Shown here: one piece after another, positions 27,569-37,115 of the stretch
Position numbering within the stretch: position 1 is the first letter of the stretch
Layout of the letters: each line of letters begins with the position of its first letter
From: Desulfobacterales bacterium
GTDB taxonomy: Bacteria > Desulfobacterota > Desulfobacteria > Desulfobacterales > Desulfosalsimonadaceae
Reading direction: 5' to 3'
NCBI GenBank assembly: GCA_018334555.1
Contig: JAGXLR010000001.1
Location: forward strand, 269 to 64,268
Length of the DNA: 64,000 nucleotides
The notes under the pieces: model-generated
Databases searched by the model: none
Told to the model about the DNA's origin: nothing
Seen by the model: the letters and a program-made list of their open reading frames with translations, nothing else
Made by a program: the position numbers and the translations under genes

Positions 27569-30500
27569 ATGACACAGCATACGGCAAATGAAAAAGGCGG
27601 GCAAACATTCGGATCGGCAATGGTGGTTGGCGGCGGCATCGCCGGCATGCAGTCCGCCCTCGATCTGGCCAACGCCGGATACTATGTGTATCTGCTTGAG
27701 AAGTCTTCAGCCATTGGCGGAATGATGTCCCAGCTGGACAAGACATTCCCCACAAATGACTGTGCCATGTGAATCATCTCGCCGAAACTGGTCGAGGTCG
27801 GCCGGCACTTGAACATTGAGCTTAGAACCGGAACAGAGCTCATGGGCCTGGAAGGCGAGCCGGGCCATTTCACCGCCCGGGTGCACCAGGAGCCCAGATA
27901 TATAGACACATCAAAGTGCACCAGCTGTGGGGAATGCACCGAGGTTTGCCCCATCGAGATTCCCAATGAATACGACCAGGGGCTCACCACCCGCAAGGCC
28001 ATTTACAAAAAATATGCCCAGGCCATTCCAGGCGCCTATGCCATCAGCAAGCGGGGCACGGCGCCCTGCAAAGCCACCTGCCCCGCCCATGTCAGCATCC
28101 AGGGCTACATCGCCCTTATCAGGGAAAAAAGATATGAAGAGGCCCTCAGGCTATTCAAACAGGACCACCCGTTTCCCGGCATTTGCGGCCGGGTCTGCCA
28201 TCATCCGTGTGAGGACATCTGCACCCGGGGCGACTACGACGAACCCCTGGCCATCCGGGAGCTTCACCGGTTTTTGGCGGACTGGGAAAACAGCCAGGAC
28301 AGCCTGTACGTGCCGGAGATCCCGGAAGAGCGGGATGAAACAATCGCCGTCATCGGCTCCGGTCCGGCCGGACTTGCCGCCGCCTATTTCTTGAGGCGCG
28401 AGGGCTATTCGGTCACTATTTTCGAAAAACTCCCGGTAAAAGGCGGCATGATGGCCGTTGGAATACCGGAATACCGGCTGCCGCGGGACATTCTGGCAAA
28501 CGAGATAGGCGTCATCGAAAAGATGGGGGTCACTATAAAAACCGGGGTCTCCTTTGGCGGCGACATTACCCTGGACAGCCTGCAGGCCGATGGGTATGCC
28601 GCCGTTTTTCTGGGCATCGGCCTGCACGGTGGCCGCCGCTTGGGCGTGGAAAACGAGGATGCGGCGGGCGTTCTCCAGGGCGTTGATTTTTTGCGGGCCA
28701 CGGCCATGGGTGAAGAAACTGCCGTTGGCAAGGATGTCCTCGTGATCGGGGGCGGTAATGTGGCTATTGATGTTGCGCTCACCGCCAAACGCAAAGGGGC
28801 GGAGAACGTAAAAATGGTTTGCCTGGAAACCCGCGAGGAGATGCCGGCCTGGGCGCATGAAATCCGGGAAGCCCTGGAGAGTAATATCGAAATTATCAAC
28901 AGTTTCGGCCCCAAGTCCTTTTTTATTGACAAGAACAACCGGTTTTCAGGCATAGAGTTTAAAACCTGCACGGCCGTTTTTGATGAAAATGGCCGTTTTT
29001 CGCCAAAATACGATGAGAATGCCTGCCAGTCCTATTTCGGCGATACGGTAATCATCGCTATCGGCCAAAAGGCGGAGCTTTCCGGCATTACCGATCAGAA
29101 TATCCCCGTTTCCAAAGCCGGCGGCCTGGAGGCCGACCCCGTAACCCTCCAAACACCCATTGAATGGGTATTCGCCGGCGGAGATGTGTTCTACGGGCCC
29201 AAATCCGTAGTCGAAGCCGTCGCCTGCGGGAAAGAGGCCGCGGAAAGCATCTGCCGATACATCGACGGTAAGGATCTTTACGAGGGCCGTGAGAAAGACT
29301 GGACGTATGAAAAGCCGGATGCCATTGATGAGCCCCATAAACCGCGCGTACCGGTCCGTTGTCTTGAGCCGGAGGCCCGGGAGTGCAACTTCCTTGAGGT
29401 ATCCTTCGGATACGATGAGTCCGAAGCCCAAATTGAAGCCGACCGGTGCCTGAAATGCGGCATCTGCTCGGAGTGCTACCGATGCGTGGACGCCTGCCTG
29501 GCAGGGGCCATCGACCATACGCAAACAGCCGTTGATGAAGATCTGGAGGTGGGCTCGGTTGTTCTCTCTGCCGGCAACGAGGTTTTCGATCCGTCCACGC
29601 TGGAGGATACCTATCGTTATAAGAGCCACCCAAACGTGATCACCAGCCTTGAATTCGAACGGTTTTTAAGCGCATCAGGCCCTACGATGGGCCATTTGGT
29701 GAGGCCATCGGACCATAAGGAGCCGAAAAAAATTGCCTGGCTCCAATGCATCGGATCAAGGGATACCAATCGCTGCGGCAACGGTTACTGCTCATCGGTC
29801 TGCTGCATGTATGCCATAAAAGAGGCCATGATCGCCAAAGAGCATGCCAAGGAGGAACTGGACGCGGTTATCTTCAACATGGATATCCGGACATTCGGCA
29901 AGGATTATGAGAAGTATTATCTAAGGGCCAAGGAGGAAATCGGCGTCCGGTTTGAAAAAGCGCGGGTCCATACCATTAATGAAGCCGAAACCCCCGGAAG
30001 CCTGATCCTTCGCTTTGCCAAAGAAAACGGCGAGCTGGTAAAAGAGGAATTCGACATGGTGGTCCTCTCCGTCGGCATGCAGGTGTCGCCCGCCACCATT
30101 GAAAATGCCAGACGGCTGGATATCGAGCTGGATCAGTACAACTTTGCCGTCACCTCCCCCTTTGAACCGGTATCCACCAGCCGGCCGGGCGTTTTTGCCT
30201 GTGGGACCTTCCAGGGGCCAAAGGATATTCCGAGCTCCGTTACCGAAGCCAGCGCTGCCGCCTGTGCCGCCGGCAGAGATCTGGCCGCTGCCCGGGGGAC
30301 AAGGACGAAGACGGTCGAAATACCGGAAGAAAAGGATGTTGAAGGCGAAGAACCGCGGATCGGGGTTTTTGTCTGCGACTGCGGCATCAATATTGCCGGT
30401 GTTGTCGATGTCCCGGCGGTTCGGGAGTATGCCGCCACCCTGCCGCACGTGGTCTACGCGGGCGAGAATCTCTTCACCTGCAGTCAGGACGCCCAGGACA

Positions 30501-32020
30501 AGATGAAAGAAACCCTGGTGGAGAATAATATCAACCGCGTCGTGGTCTCCTCCTGCACCCCGAAAACCCACGAGCCGATATTCATGGATACCCTGGAAAA
30601 ATGCGGACTGAACAAATATCTTTTTGAAATGGCCAATATCCGGAACCAGGACTCCTGGGTGCACCCGGATGACCCGGAAAAAGCCACGCAAAAGGCCAAG
30701 GAGCTGGTTCGCATGTCGGTTGCCCGGGCTGCCTCCTTGAGGCCCCTCAAGGAACGCCAAATCCCTGTCACCCGAAGGGCATTGATAATCGGCGGGGGGG
30801 TGGCCGGAATGAACGCCGCCCTGGGCATCGCCGACCAGGGATATGACGTGGTGCTGATAGAAAAGGAGTCGGCACTCGGCGGTCTTTGCAACCGGCTGAC
30901 AAAAACCATAGAAGGCGCTGATATTCAATCCTATGTCTCAGAACTGGGCGAGCGTGTAAAAAACCACAGCCATATCCAGGTTCTGACCAATTCCCTGATC
31001 GTCGACTTCTCAGGCTTTAAGGGCAACTTCACCACCGAGGTGCTCGTCGGCCCCGGGATGTATGAACGAAAAATCGACCACGGCGTCGTAATCGTGGCCA
31101 CCGGCGCCAACGAATATCGGCCCAAGGAGTACCTGTATGGGGAAAATCCCCATGTCCTCACCCAGATTGAATTGGCTGAAAAGCTCGAAGACGGGGATCT
31201 CGGGGATCCTGACCGGGTCGTGATGATTCAATGCGTGGGCTCCAGGAACGAAGAGAATCCCGGCTGCTCCCGGGTCTGCTGCCAAAGCGCCATAAAAAAC
31301 GCCATCCATATCAAAAAATTAAACCCGGACGCCCAGGTCTACATCCTTTACCGCGATATCCGGACCTATGGACGCCTCGAGGACTACTATACGGAAGCCA
31401 GAAAACTGGGGGTCATCTTCTCCCGTTTTGATCCGGAGGCCCCGCCTGAGGTCGCCTCGACTGACGAGGGGGTATCCGTTACGTTCCATGATCCCATTCT
31501 GGATCGGGATATCGCTGTGGATGCCGATATCCTGGCATTGAGCACCGGAATGCGGGCAGCCGACACCGAAGAGCTCGCCTCGATCATGAAACTGGGCAGA
31601 AATTCGGAGGACTACTTCATTGAAGCCCATGCCAAGCTTCGCCCAATAGACCTGGAGACGGAAGGGATTTTTGTCTGCGGCACCGCCCACAGCCCCCAGC
31701 TGATTTCCGAGTCCATCGCCCAGGCTTTGGCCGCCGCCGCCCGGGCAACGACCTTTCTTATCCAGCCACACCTCACCCTGTCTGCGGTAACGGCCAAAGT
31801 GGACCCGGATAAATGCACGGCCTGTCTGATATGTGTTCGCACCTGCCCCTATGGAGTGCCGCGGATTAATGAGGACGGGGTCAGTGAAATCGACGACGCC
31901 CTTTGCCAGGGATGCGGCGCATGCGCCGCGGAATGCCCGGCCAAGGCGATTGAACTATCCTGGTATGAAGACGAGCAACTATTAAGCAAAGTGGACGCAT
32001 TATTGGAGGACATCCCATGA
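27569..32020 (+). CDS. hdrA: Giant HdrA/GltD-fusion (HdrL-type) selenoprotein; in-frame TGA at 27770-27772 read as selenocysteine
   Basis: ORFs 27566-27772 and 27809-32020 are in the same frame and separated only by the TGA. Joined, they read [15 protein letters not shown], which aligns with FPTLDCAACIGTPKM and FPTNRCGMCKLLP of the two Cys paralogs. An FAD motif (VVGGGIAGM) precedes the TGA. The start ATG at 27569 follows CAGGAG. Confidence 0.85.
27788..27805 (+). promoter_or_regulatory. Candidate bacterial SECIS hairpin for the hdrA UGA
   Basis: CUGGUC-GAGGUC-GGCCGG forms a 6-bp stem (two G-U pairs) with a GGU-containing loop. It starts 15 nt after the UGA. Folded by eye only. Confidence 0.4.
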
Positions 32021-32448
32021 GTGAAGTATTCGAACCCATCATTCTCGCATTCTGCTGCAACTACTGAGGATACTCAGCTGCGGACCTGGCAGGTTCGATG
32101 CGACTGACTTACCCGACCAGCCTCCGGATCATCCGGGTGCCATGCTCCGGAAAGGTAGATATTATTCATATCCTTCGGGCATTTGAGAAAGGCGCCGATG
32201 GCGTTTGCGTGATTGGCTGCAGGGAGGGCGAGTGTCATTTCAAAACAGGGAACTTTCGTGCCCGCAGACATGTGGAACAGGCCCAAACAGTGCTCGATAC
32301 CATTGGTATAGGCGGCGAGCGGGCGATGATGTACAACCTCTCTTCAGGGGACGGCCCTTTATTCGCCAAGTACGCCGAAGAGATCTATGAAAAAATCAAG
32401 GCGCTGGGGCCGAATCCAATCAGAAGGCAAAAAAAGCATGCGGCATAA
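32017..32448 (+). CDS. mvhD: MvhD-like protein, selenocysteine form; in-frame TGA at 32065-32067
   Basis: The ATG at 32017 follows GGAGGA by 6 nt and overlaps the hdrA stop (ATGA). The frame reads [26 protein letters not shown] and joins the listed ORF at 32098. The Sec aligns with the second Cys of CNWCTY in the paralog at 22324-22749. Confidence 0.8.
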
Positions 32449-32475
32449 AATAGATTATAAATAGTGAGGTCATCC

Positions 32476-33144
32476 ATGATTATCGCCGAAAAGAAGCCCA
32501 TCGAAGAAATTATCGGATATGTCGATGACTGCGGCAAGCTCCTGATCCTGGGATGCAATGAATGCGTCACCGTCTGTGAAGCAGGGGGGAAAAAAGAAGT
32601 CGGTATTCTGGCCTCGGCCCTTCGGATGTATTTCTTAAACCAGGGCAGGGAGGTTAAAATAGACGAGATTACCCTGGAGCGGCAGTGTGACCACGAATAC
32701 CTGGAGGAGATCCGGGATGTCGCCGACCAGTATGACGCCATCGTCTCCCTTGCCTGCGGCGTGGGGGTCCAGTTTGTGGCGGAAAAATACCATTCCCAGC
32801 GCGTCTATCCGGGGGTTAACACCTGTTTTCTGGGGGCTACGGAAGAACGCGGCCGATGGAGCGAGCGCTGCCAAGCCTGCGGCACCTGCATTCTGGCCTA
32901 TACAGGCGGCATATGCCCGATCGCGCGCTGCGCCAAACGGCTTTTAAACGGCCCCTGCGGCGGCTCCAGCAACGGAAAATGTGAGGTCAATCCCGAACTG
33001 GACTGTGCCTGGCAGCTGATCATTGACCGATTGAAAGCCTTGGGCAGACTTGAGGATTACGAAAAACTTCTGGAAATAAAGGACTGGTCTACAGACAGGG
33101 CCGGCGGCCCCCGTAAAGTTGTCAGGGAGGATCTACAAATATGA
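32476..33144 (+). CDS. metV: Methylene-THF reductase-associated zinc-ribbon/FeS subunit (MetV-like)
   Basis: Cys-rich blocks (GCNECVTVCEAGG, CQACGTCILAYTGGICPIARCAKRLLNGPCGGS, CEVNPELDCAW) are typical of the MetF C-terminal-domain/MetV family. The preferred start is the ATG at 32476 after GAGG. Its stop overlaps the metF start. Confidence 0.8.
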   Translation: MIIAEKKPIEEIIGYVDDCGKLLILGCNECVTVCEAGGKKEVGILASALRMYFLNQGREVKIDEITLERQCDHEYLEEIRDVADQYDAIVSLACGVGVQFVAEKYHSQRVYPGVNTCFLGATEERGRWSERCQACGTCILAYTGGICPIARCAKRLLNGPCGGSSNGKCEVNPELDCAWQLIIDRLKALGRLEDYEKLLEIKDWSTDRAGGPRKVVREDLQI

Positions 33145-34073
33145 GCGATACAGCGCGGAGCAAACTGCAACGGATTCTATCGGAAGGCCACTTGGCTGTG
33201 ACATCGGAGTGCGGCCCCCCACGCGGCAGCGATCCCGAAGCCATCAAAGAAAAAGCGGAAATGATCAAAGACTATGTGGATGCGGTAAATGTCACGGACA
33301 ACCAGACATCCGTCACCCGGCTATGCAGCATGGCGGCCTGTATTCATTTAAAGCTCATGGGGGTTGAACCGGTGCTGCAAATGGTCACCCGGGACCGCAA
33401 CAGGATTGCCATTCAAAGCGATATCCTGGGGGCAGCCTCCTTTGACATCCCGAACATGCTCTGCCTCTCCGGCGATCACCAGAGCTTCGGCGACTGTCCG
33501 CAGGGGCAGAATGTCCATGACATCGACTCCATGCAGCTGGTTCAGACCGTCCGCATGATGCGCGACGAGGGGAAATTTTTGGGCGGAGCGGAAATCAAGC
33601 GCCCCCCCAATATGTTCGTGGGCGCTGCCGCCAATCCGTTCGCCGACCCGTTTGAGATCCGGGTGCCGCGGCTGGCTAAAAAAGTAGCGGCCGGCACGGA
33701 GTTTATCCAAACCCAGTGCATCTACAACCTGGATAAGTTTGAAGAATGGATGAAGGGCGTTTGCGACCGCGGCCTTCATGAAAAGGTCCACATCCTGGCC
33801 GGCGTCACCCCGTTTAAGTCCGCCGGCATGGCCAAATTCATGAAAAAGCGGGTGCCGGGCATGGACGTTCCCGATGAGGTGGTCAAGCGCATGTCCGATA
33901 CCCCAAAGGAAAAGCAGCCCGAAGAAGGCATCAATATTTGTGTGGAGAGCATTGAACGGTTGAAATCCGTGGAAGGCGTTCACGGGTTTCATATCATGGC
34001 CATCGAGTGGGAGGGCAAGGTTCCGGAAATCGTTGAACGCGCCGGATTGTATCCGCGCCCGAAAATTGATTGA
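33141..34073 (+). CDS. metF: Methylenetetrahydrofolate reductase
   Basis: 310 aa with the MetF TIM-barrel blocks (VNVTDN, TRDRNRIAIQSD, GDH, FIQTQ). Confidence 0.9.
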   Translation: MSDTARSKLQRILSEGHLAVTSECGPPRGSDPEAIKEKAEMIKDYVDAVNVTDNQTSVTRLCSMAACIHLKLMGVEPVLQMVTRDRNRIAIQSDILGAASFDIPNMLCLSGDHQSFGDCPQGQNVHDIDSMQLVQTVRMMRDEGKFLGGAEIKRPPNMFVGAAANPFADPFEIRVPRLAKKVAAGTEFIQTQCIYNLDKFEEWMKGVCDRGLHEKVHILAGVTPFKSAGMAKFMKKRVPGMDVPDEVVKRMSDTPKEKQPEEGINICVESIERLKSVEGVHGFHIMAIEWEGKVPEIVERAGLYPRPKID

Positions 34074-34163
34074 TTCATTTGTTGAGATTATATACAATAT
34101 ATTTAACATAGATAGCCCGAAGTAACCATCCCAGACATCTGGAGCCAAAAGGAGGAAATAGAG

Positions 34164-34556
34164 ATGTCCGATAAAAAAACAATTCTTGTGGTTGATGATG
34201 AGCCGGATTTCGTCTCGATCGTGAAAAAAAATCTCGAAAAGGCCGGATTTGATGTGGAAGTCGCCTATGACGGCGTTGAGGGCATGGATAAGGTTAAAGC
34301 GAATCCGCCGGATGCAATTGTCCTGGATGTGATGATGCCTGAAAAGGATGGTTATAAGGTATGCTCCGAATTAAAGAGGGATGAGCAGTACGCGGATATC
34401 CCGATTCTCCTGTTGACGGCCGTCGCCGATCATGTCTCCTCCACCCGGTACTCCCATTATGACGGCATGAGCACGGAGGCCGATGACTACCTACCCAAGC
34501 CCGCATCGGCGGATGATATTCTGGATTCCGTGAAAAGCCTGCTGGGCATGACATAA
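34164..34556 (+). CDS. Single-domain CheY-like response regulator receiver
   Basis: 130 aa with VVDDE, the phospho-acceptor context VLDVMMP, LLLT and LPKP. There is no output domain. Confidence 0.9.
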   Translation: MSDKKTILVVDDEPDFVSIVKKNLEKAGFDVEVAYDGVEGMDKVKANPPDAIVLDVMMPEKDGYKVCSELKRDEQYADIPILLLTAVADHVSSTRYSHYDGMSTEADDYLPKPASADDILDSVKSLLGMT

Positions 34557-34570
34557 TATTCGTTCGGCAT

Positions 34571-34622
34571 GCCTGATTTTTACCTAAATTGAAACGCTCG
34601 ATTTAGGTTTTAGAAATCAGGC
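34571..34622. repeat. 52-nt extended palindrome containing a miniature (TIR-only) derivative of the MITE
   Basis: The outer arms are GCCTGATTT ... AAATCAGGC. The inner ACCTAAATTGA-AA-CGCTCGATTTAGGT (34582-34608) is the two MITE terminal repeats joined with one mismatch. Confidence 0.55.
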
Positions 34623-34755
34623 GGCAATGGTTGACGCCGCTGGAGGAATGATCGCCTCTTTAGCTCCAGCGGCTTTATTTTTTTAATAAAAAGATCGCAC
34701 AAATGGGTACCGGATCAACTATGAAGGCGCCTCCCGATCGTGCCGGAAAATCCCT

Positions 34756-35604
34756 ATGTCCCATATAGACGACCAATTGCACCGCGTTTTTTGTATTATC
34801 AGCGACCACCGGGTCTTTGCATCCAAATCACCGACCGTCTTTAACCGCGTGATGACAAAAATCGGTCTCAATGCGACGTATGTCCCGTTTCGGGTCGAAG
34901 CCAAACACCTCGGCGAGGCGGTGCGAAGCCTCAAAATATTGAATATCGCCGGCGCCAATATCGCCGTGCCGTATAAAGAGGCCATGATCCCCTACATTGA
35001 TGCCCTCTCGGAAAGCGCCAACATTATCGGCGCCATCAATACCATCGCCATTAACGGAGGCCAGTTAAAGGGCTACAACACTAACGCCATCGGCATCATG
35101 GAGGCCCTGGAGGAGACCGCCTTTAACCCGGCGGGCAAAAAAGCGCTTATTCTGGGTGCCGGCGGGGCGGCAAAGGCTGTCGCCTTTGTATTGAAATGGC
35201 TAAAAGCGGAACAGATATTCATTGCCGGTCGAAACACCGCCAAAACCAAAAACGTCGCCGGCCGTGTCCGGGGGACCCCCATGTCACTCGAGGATTTGGC
35301 CAATAATCCGGTCCCTGCCCATCTCATCGTCAATGCCACCACGGTTTCGAGTCGGGCAGAATCCCGGGAGATGGCTGAACTGGTCGAAAAGATGGATGTT
35401 CCGGGCTGCGAACTGGTCTTTGACCTAAACTACGGCCGAGCGCCGAACATATGGGAAACGCTGGCGAAAGGCGCCAACATCCGGTTCATGGACGGTCTGC
35501 CCACCCTTATCCATCAGGCGCGAAACAGCCTGTCCCTCTGGACCGGTGTCGACGTAAATCCGGAGGATTTTAAAAATGCGCTGACCGGCCGGGTTTTATC
35601 CTAA
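34756..35604 (+). CDS. aroE: Shikimate dehydrogenase
   Basis: 282 aa with the blocks SKSP.VFN, NIAGANIAVPYKE, GAINTI, and GAGGAAKAV as the NADP-binding motif. Confidence 0.85.
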   Translation: MSHIDDQLHRVFCIISDHRVFASKSPTVFNRVMTKIGLNATYVPFRVEAKHLGEAVRSLKILNIAGANIAVPYKEAMIPYIDALSESANIIGAINTIAINGGQLKGYNTNAIGIMEALEETAFNPAGKKALILGAGGAAKAVAFVLKWLKAEQIFIAGRNTAKTKNVAGRVRGTPMSLEDLANNPVPAHLIVNATTVSSRAESREMAELVEKMDVPGCELVFDLNYGRAPNIWETLAKGANIRFMDGLPTLIHQARNSLSLWTGVDVNPEDFKNALTGRVLS

Positions 35605-37115
35605 CCGGCCTCCCCCCTGCCGGCCCCCGACTCCAACGGTAGAAAAACCGTAAATACCGAGCCTTTGCCGGGTTGGCTGTCGAGTTCGATTTTTCCGCCC
35701 ATACTATCCACCAGCCCTTTAACAATGGGCAGCCCAAGGCCGGTTCCGGTAATATGTCGGGTATTTTCGTCTTTCACCCGGTAAAAGCGCTCAAAAATTT
35801 TGGCCCGGTGTTTTTCATCAATACCGAATCCGGTATCCGAGACGGTCACTTTTATCTGATGATCCACGGTTTCCACAGAGACTGTTATCTCTCCGCCCTC
35901 GGGGGTATAATTAATGGCATTCGTCACCAGATTGCCGAATATGCTCTCCAGTGCCATGGGATCGGCCGTGATCTCCGGGATATCCTCCGCGCCTCCCTGA
36001 AAAAAAAGCGACTGGCCGTTTGCCGTGGCCCGGCTGTCCAAAAAATCAACGATGCTTGAGAGCAACTCGGTCACCTGGACCGGCTTCTTGTTTTCCGTGA
36101 GCGAGCCGGACTCGATCCGGGAGAGATCCAGCAAATCGCTGATCAGTGAAATCAACGCATTGGTCTTCTCCTTGGCGCGTGTAATAAGATCATGATCCAC
36201 CTCTGCCCCCTCGAGCGCCATGTCTTTCAAAACCGTGGCCAGTTGTTCATGGATGGTTGACAGGGGGGAGCGGAGCTCGTGGGAGACTTTGGCCACAAAC
36301 TCGGATTTCAGCTGATCAAGCATTTTAAGGCTGGTAATGTTGGAAAGGGTGACCACTGCCCCCATGCATTCGTTCTTTTCATTCATCACGGGGCGCCCCC
36401 GGGAGAGCAGGTATTTATTCTCGGAGACGCACAATTCATAGGTGGGGACCTCCCCCTCGATTCCGCGGCTGCCAGTGGAAATTTCCCGGACAAAGCTGCA
36501 GAACCCCTCATCGGCCACGCAGGCATCGATCAACGCGCCGGCTTCGGGATCCGAGGACAGCTCGAGGCTTTGCATAAAAGCCGGGTTCTTTAGCACCACT
36601 TCGCCCGCCGTATTGGTGACGACGACCCCGATGGGAAGCGATTCGATAATCGTCCGTGTCCGGCTTTTTTCCCGGTCCAGATCGATTAGGGTCCGCTCCC
36701 GTTCGGCCTGCAGCTTTTCAGCCTCCCGGGAAAGCCGGATTTTTTCGATGGCCCGGTTGACGACAATCTTTAAATGATCCGGCTCAAAGGGTTTCGGAAT
36801 AAAATCATATGCCCCCTGTTTCATGGCATTGATGGCGGTTTCAATCGTGGCATAGCCGGTAATGATAATAACCACAATCCGCTCATCGATCTCCCGGATG
36901 CGCTGGTGGAGCTCCATACCGTCCATTCCCGGCATCTTCAAATCCAGAATGGCAATTGAGACCGCTTCGCGCTTTAAAATATCAAGGCCCTCTTTACCAT
37001 TCTGAGCCGTGGTCACTTCACATCCCATGCGGCTCAATACCCGCTCCACGCCTTCCCGGATACTGCGCTCGTCATCAACCACCAAAATTTTATATTCAGC
37101 CAACGATTCAGCCAA
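35601..37115 (-). CDS. Hybrid response-regulator/sensor histidine kinase (REC-PAS-HisKA-HATPase)
   Basis: 504 aa with an N-terminal receiver ([16 protein letters not shown]), an H-box (SHELRSPL) and C-terminal N/G boxes ([14 protein letters not shown]). Confidence 0.85.
   Translation of the reverse strand: MAESLAEYKILVVDDERSIREGVERVLSRMGCEVTTAQNGKEGLDILKREAVSIAILDLKMPGMDGMELHQRIREIDERIVVIIITGYATIETAINAMKQGAYDFIPKPFEPDHLKIVVNRAIEKIRLSREAEKLQAERERTLIDLDREKSRTRTIIESLPIGVVVTNTAGEVVLKNPAFMQSLELSSDPEAGALIDACVADEGFCSFVREISTGSRGIEGEVPTYELCVSENKYLLSRGRPVMNEKNECMGAVVTLSNITSLKMLDQLKSEFVAKVSHELRSPLSTIHEQLATVLKDMALEGAEVDHDLITRAKEKTNALISLISDLLDLSRIESGSLTENKKPVQVTELLSSIVDFLDSRATANGQSLFFQGGAEDIPEITADPMALESIFGNLVTNAINYTPEGGEITVSVETVDHQIKVTVSDTGFGIDEKHRAKIFERFYRVKDENTRHITGTGLGLPIVKGLVDSMGGKIELDSQPGKGSVFTVFLPLESGAGRGEAG

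Noticed and set aside
27770-27772. TGA as a genuine stop, which would make hdrA a split gene or pseudogene
   Set aside because: The frame is maintained and the flanking sequence aligns on both sides with two Cys-containing paralogs in the window. The codon replaces a conserved Cys, and a second UGA-for-Cys event occurs in the next gene. Selenocysteine is the better explanation.
29921-30928. 335-aa minus-strand ORF (also 28151-28858 and 28946-29629)
   Set aside because: All are antisense to the Sec-HdrA fusion gene, have a Gly/Arg/Pro-rich composition and show no motifs. They are shadow ORFs.
33348-34148. 266-aa minus-strand ORF
   Set aside because: It is antisense to metF, whose product carries clear family motifs. 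It is a shadow ORF.
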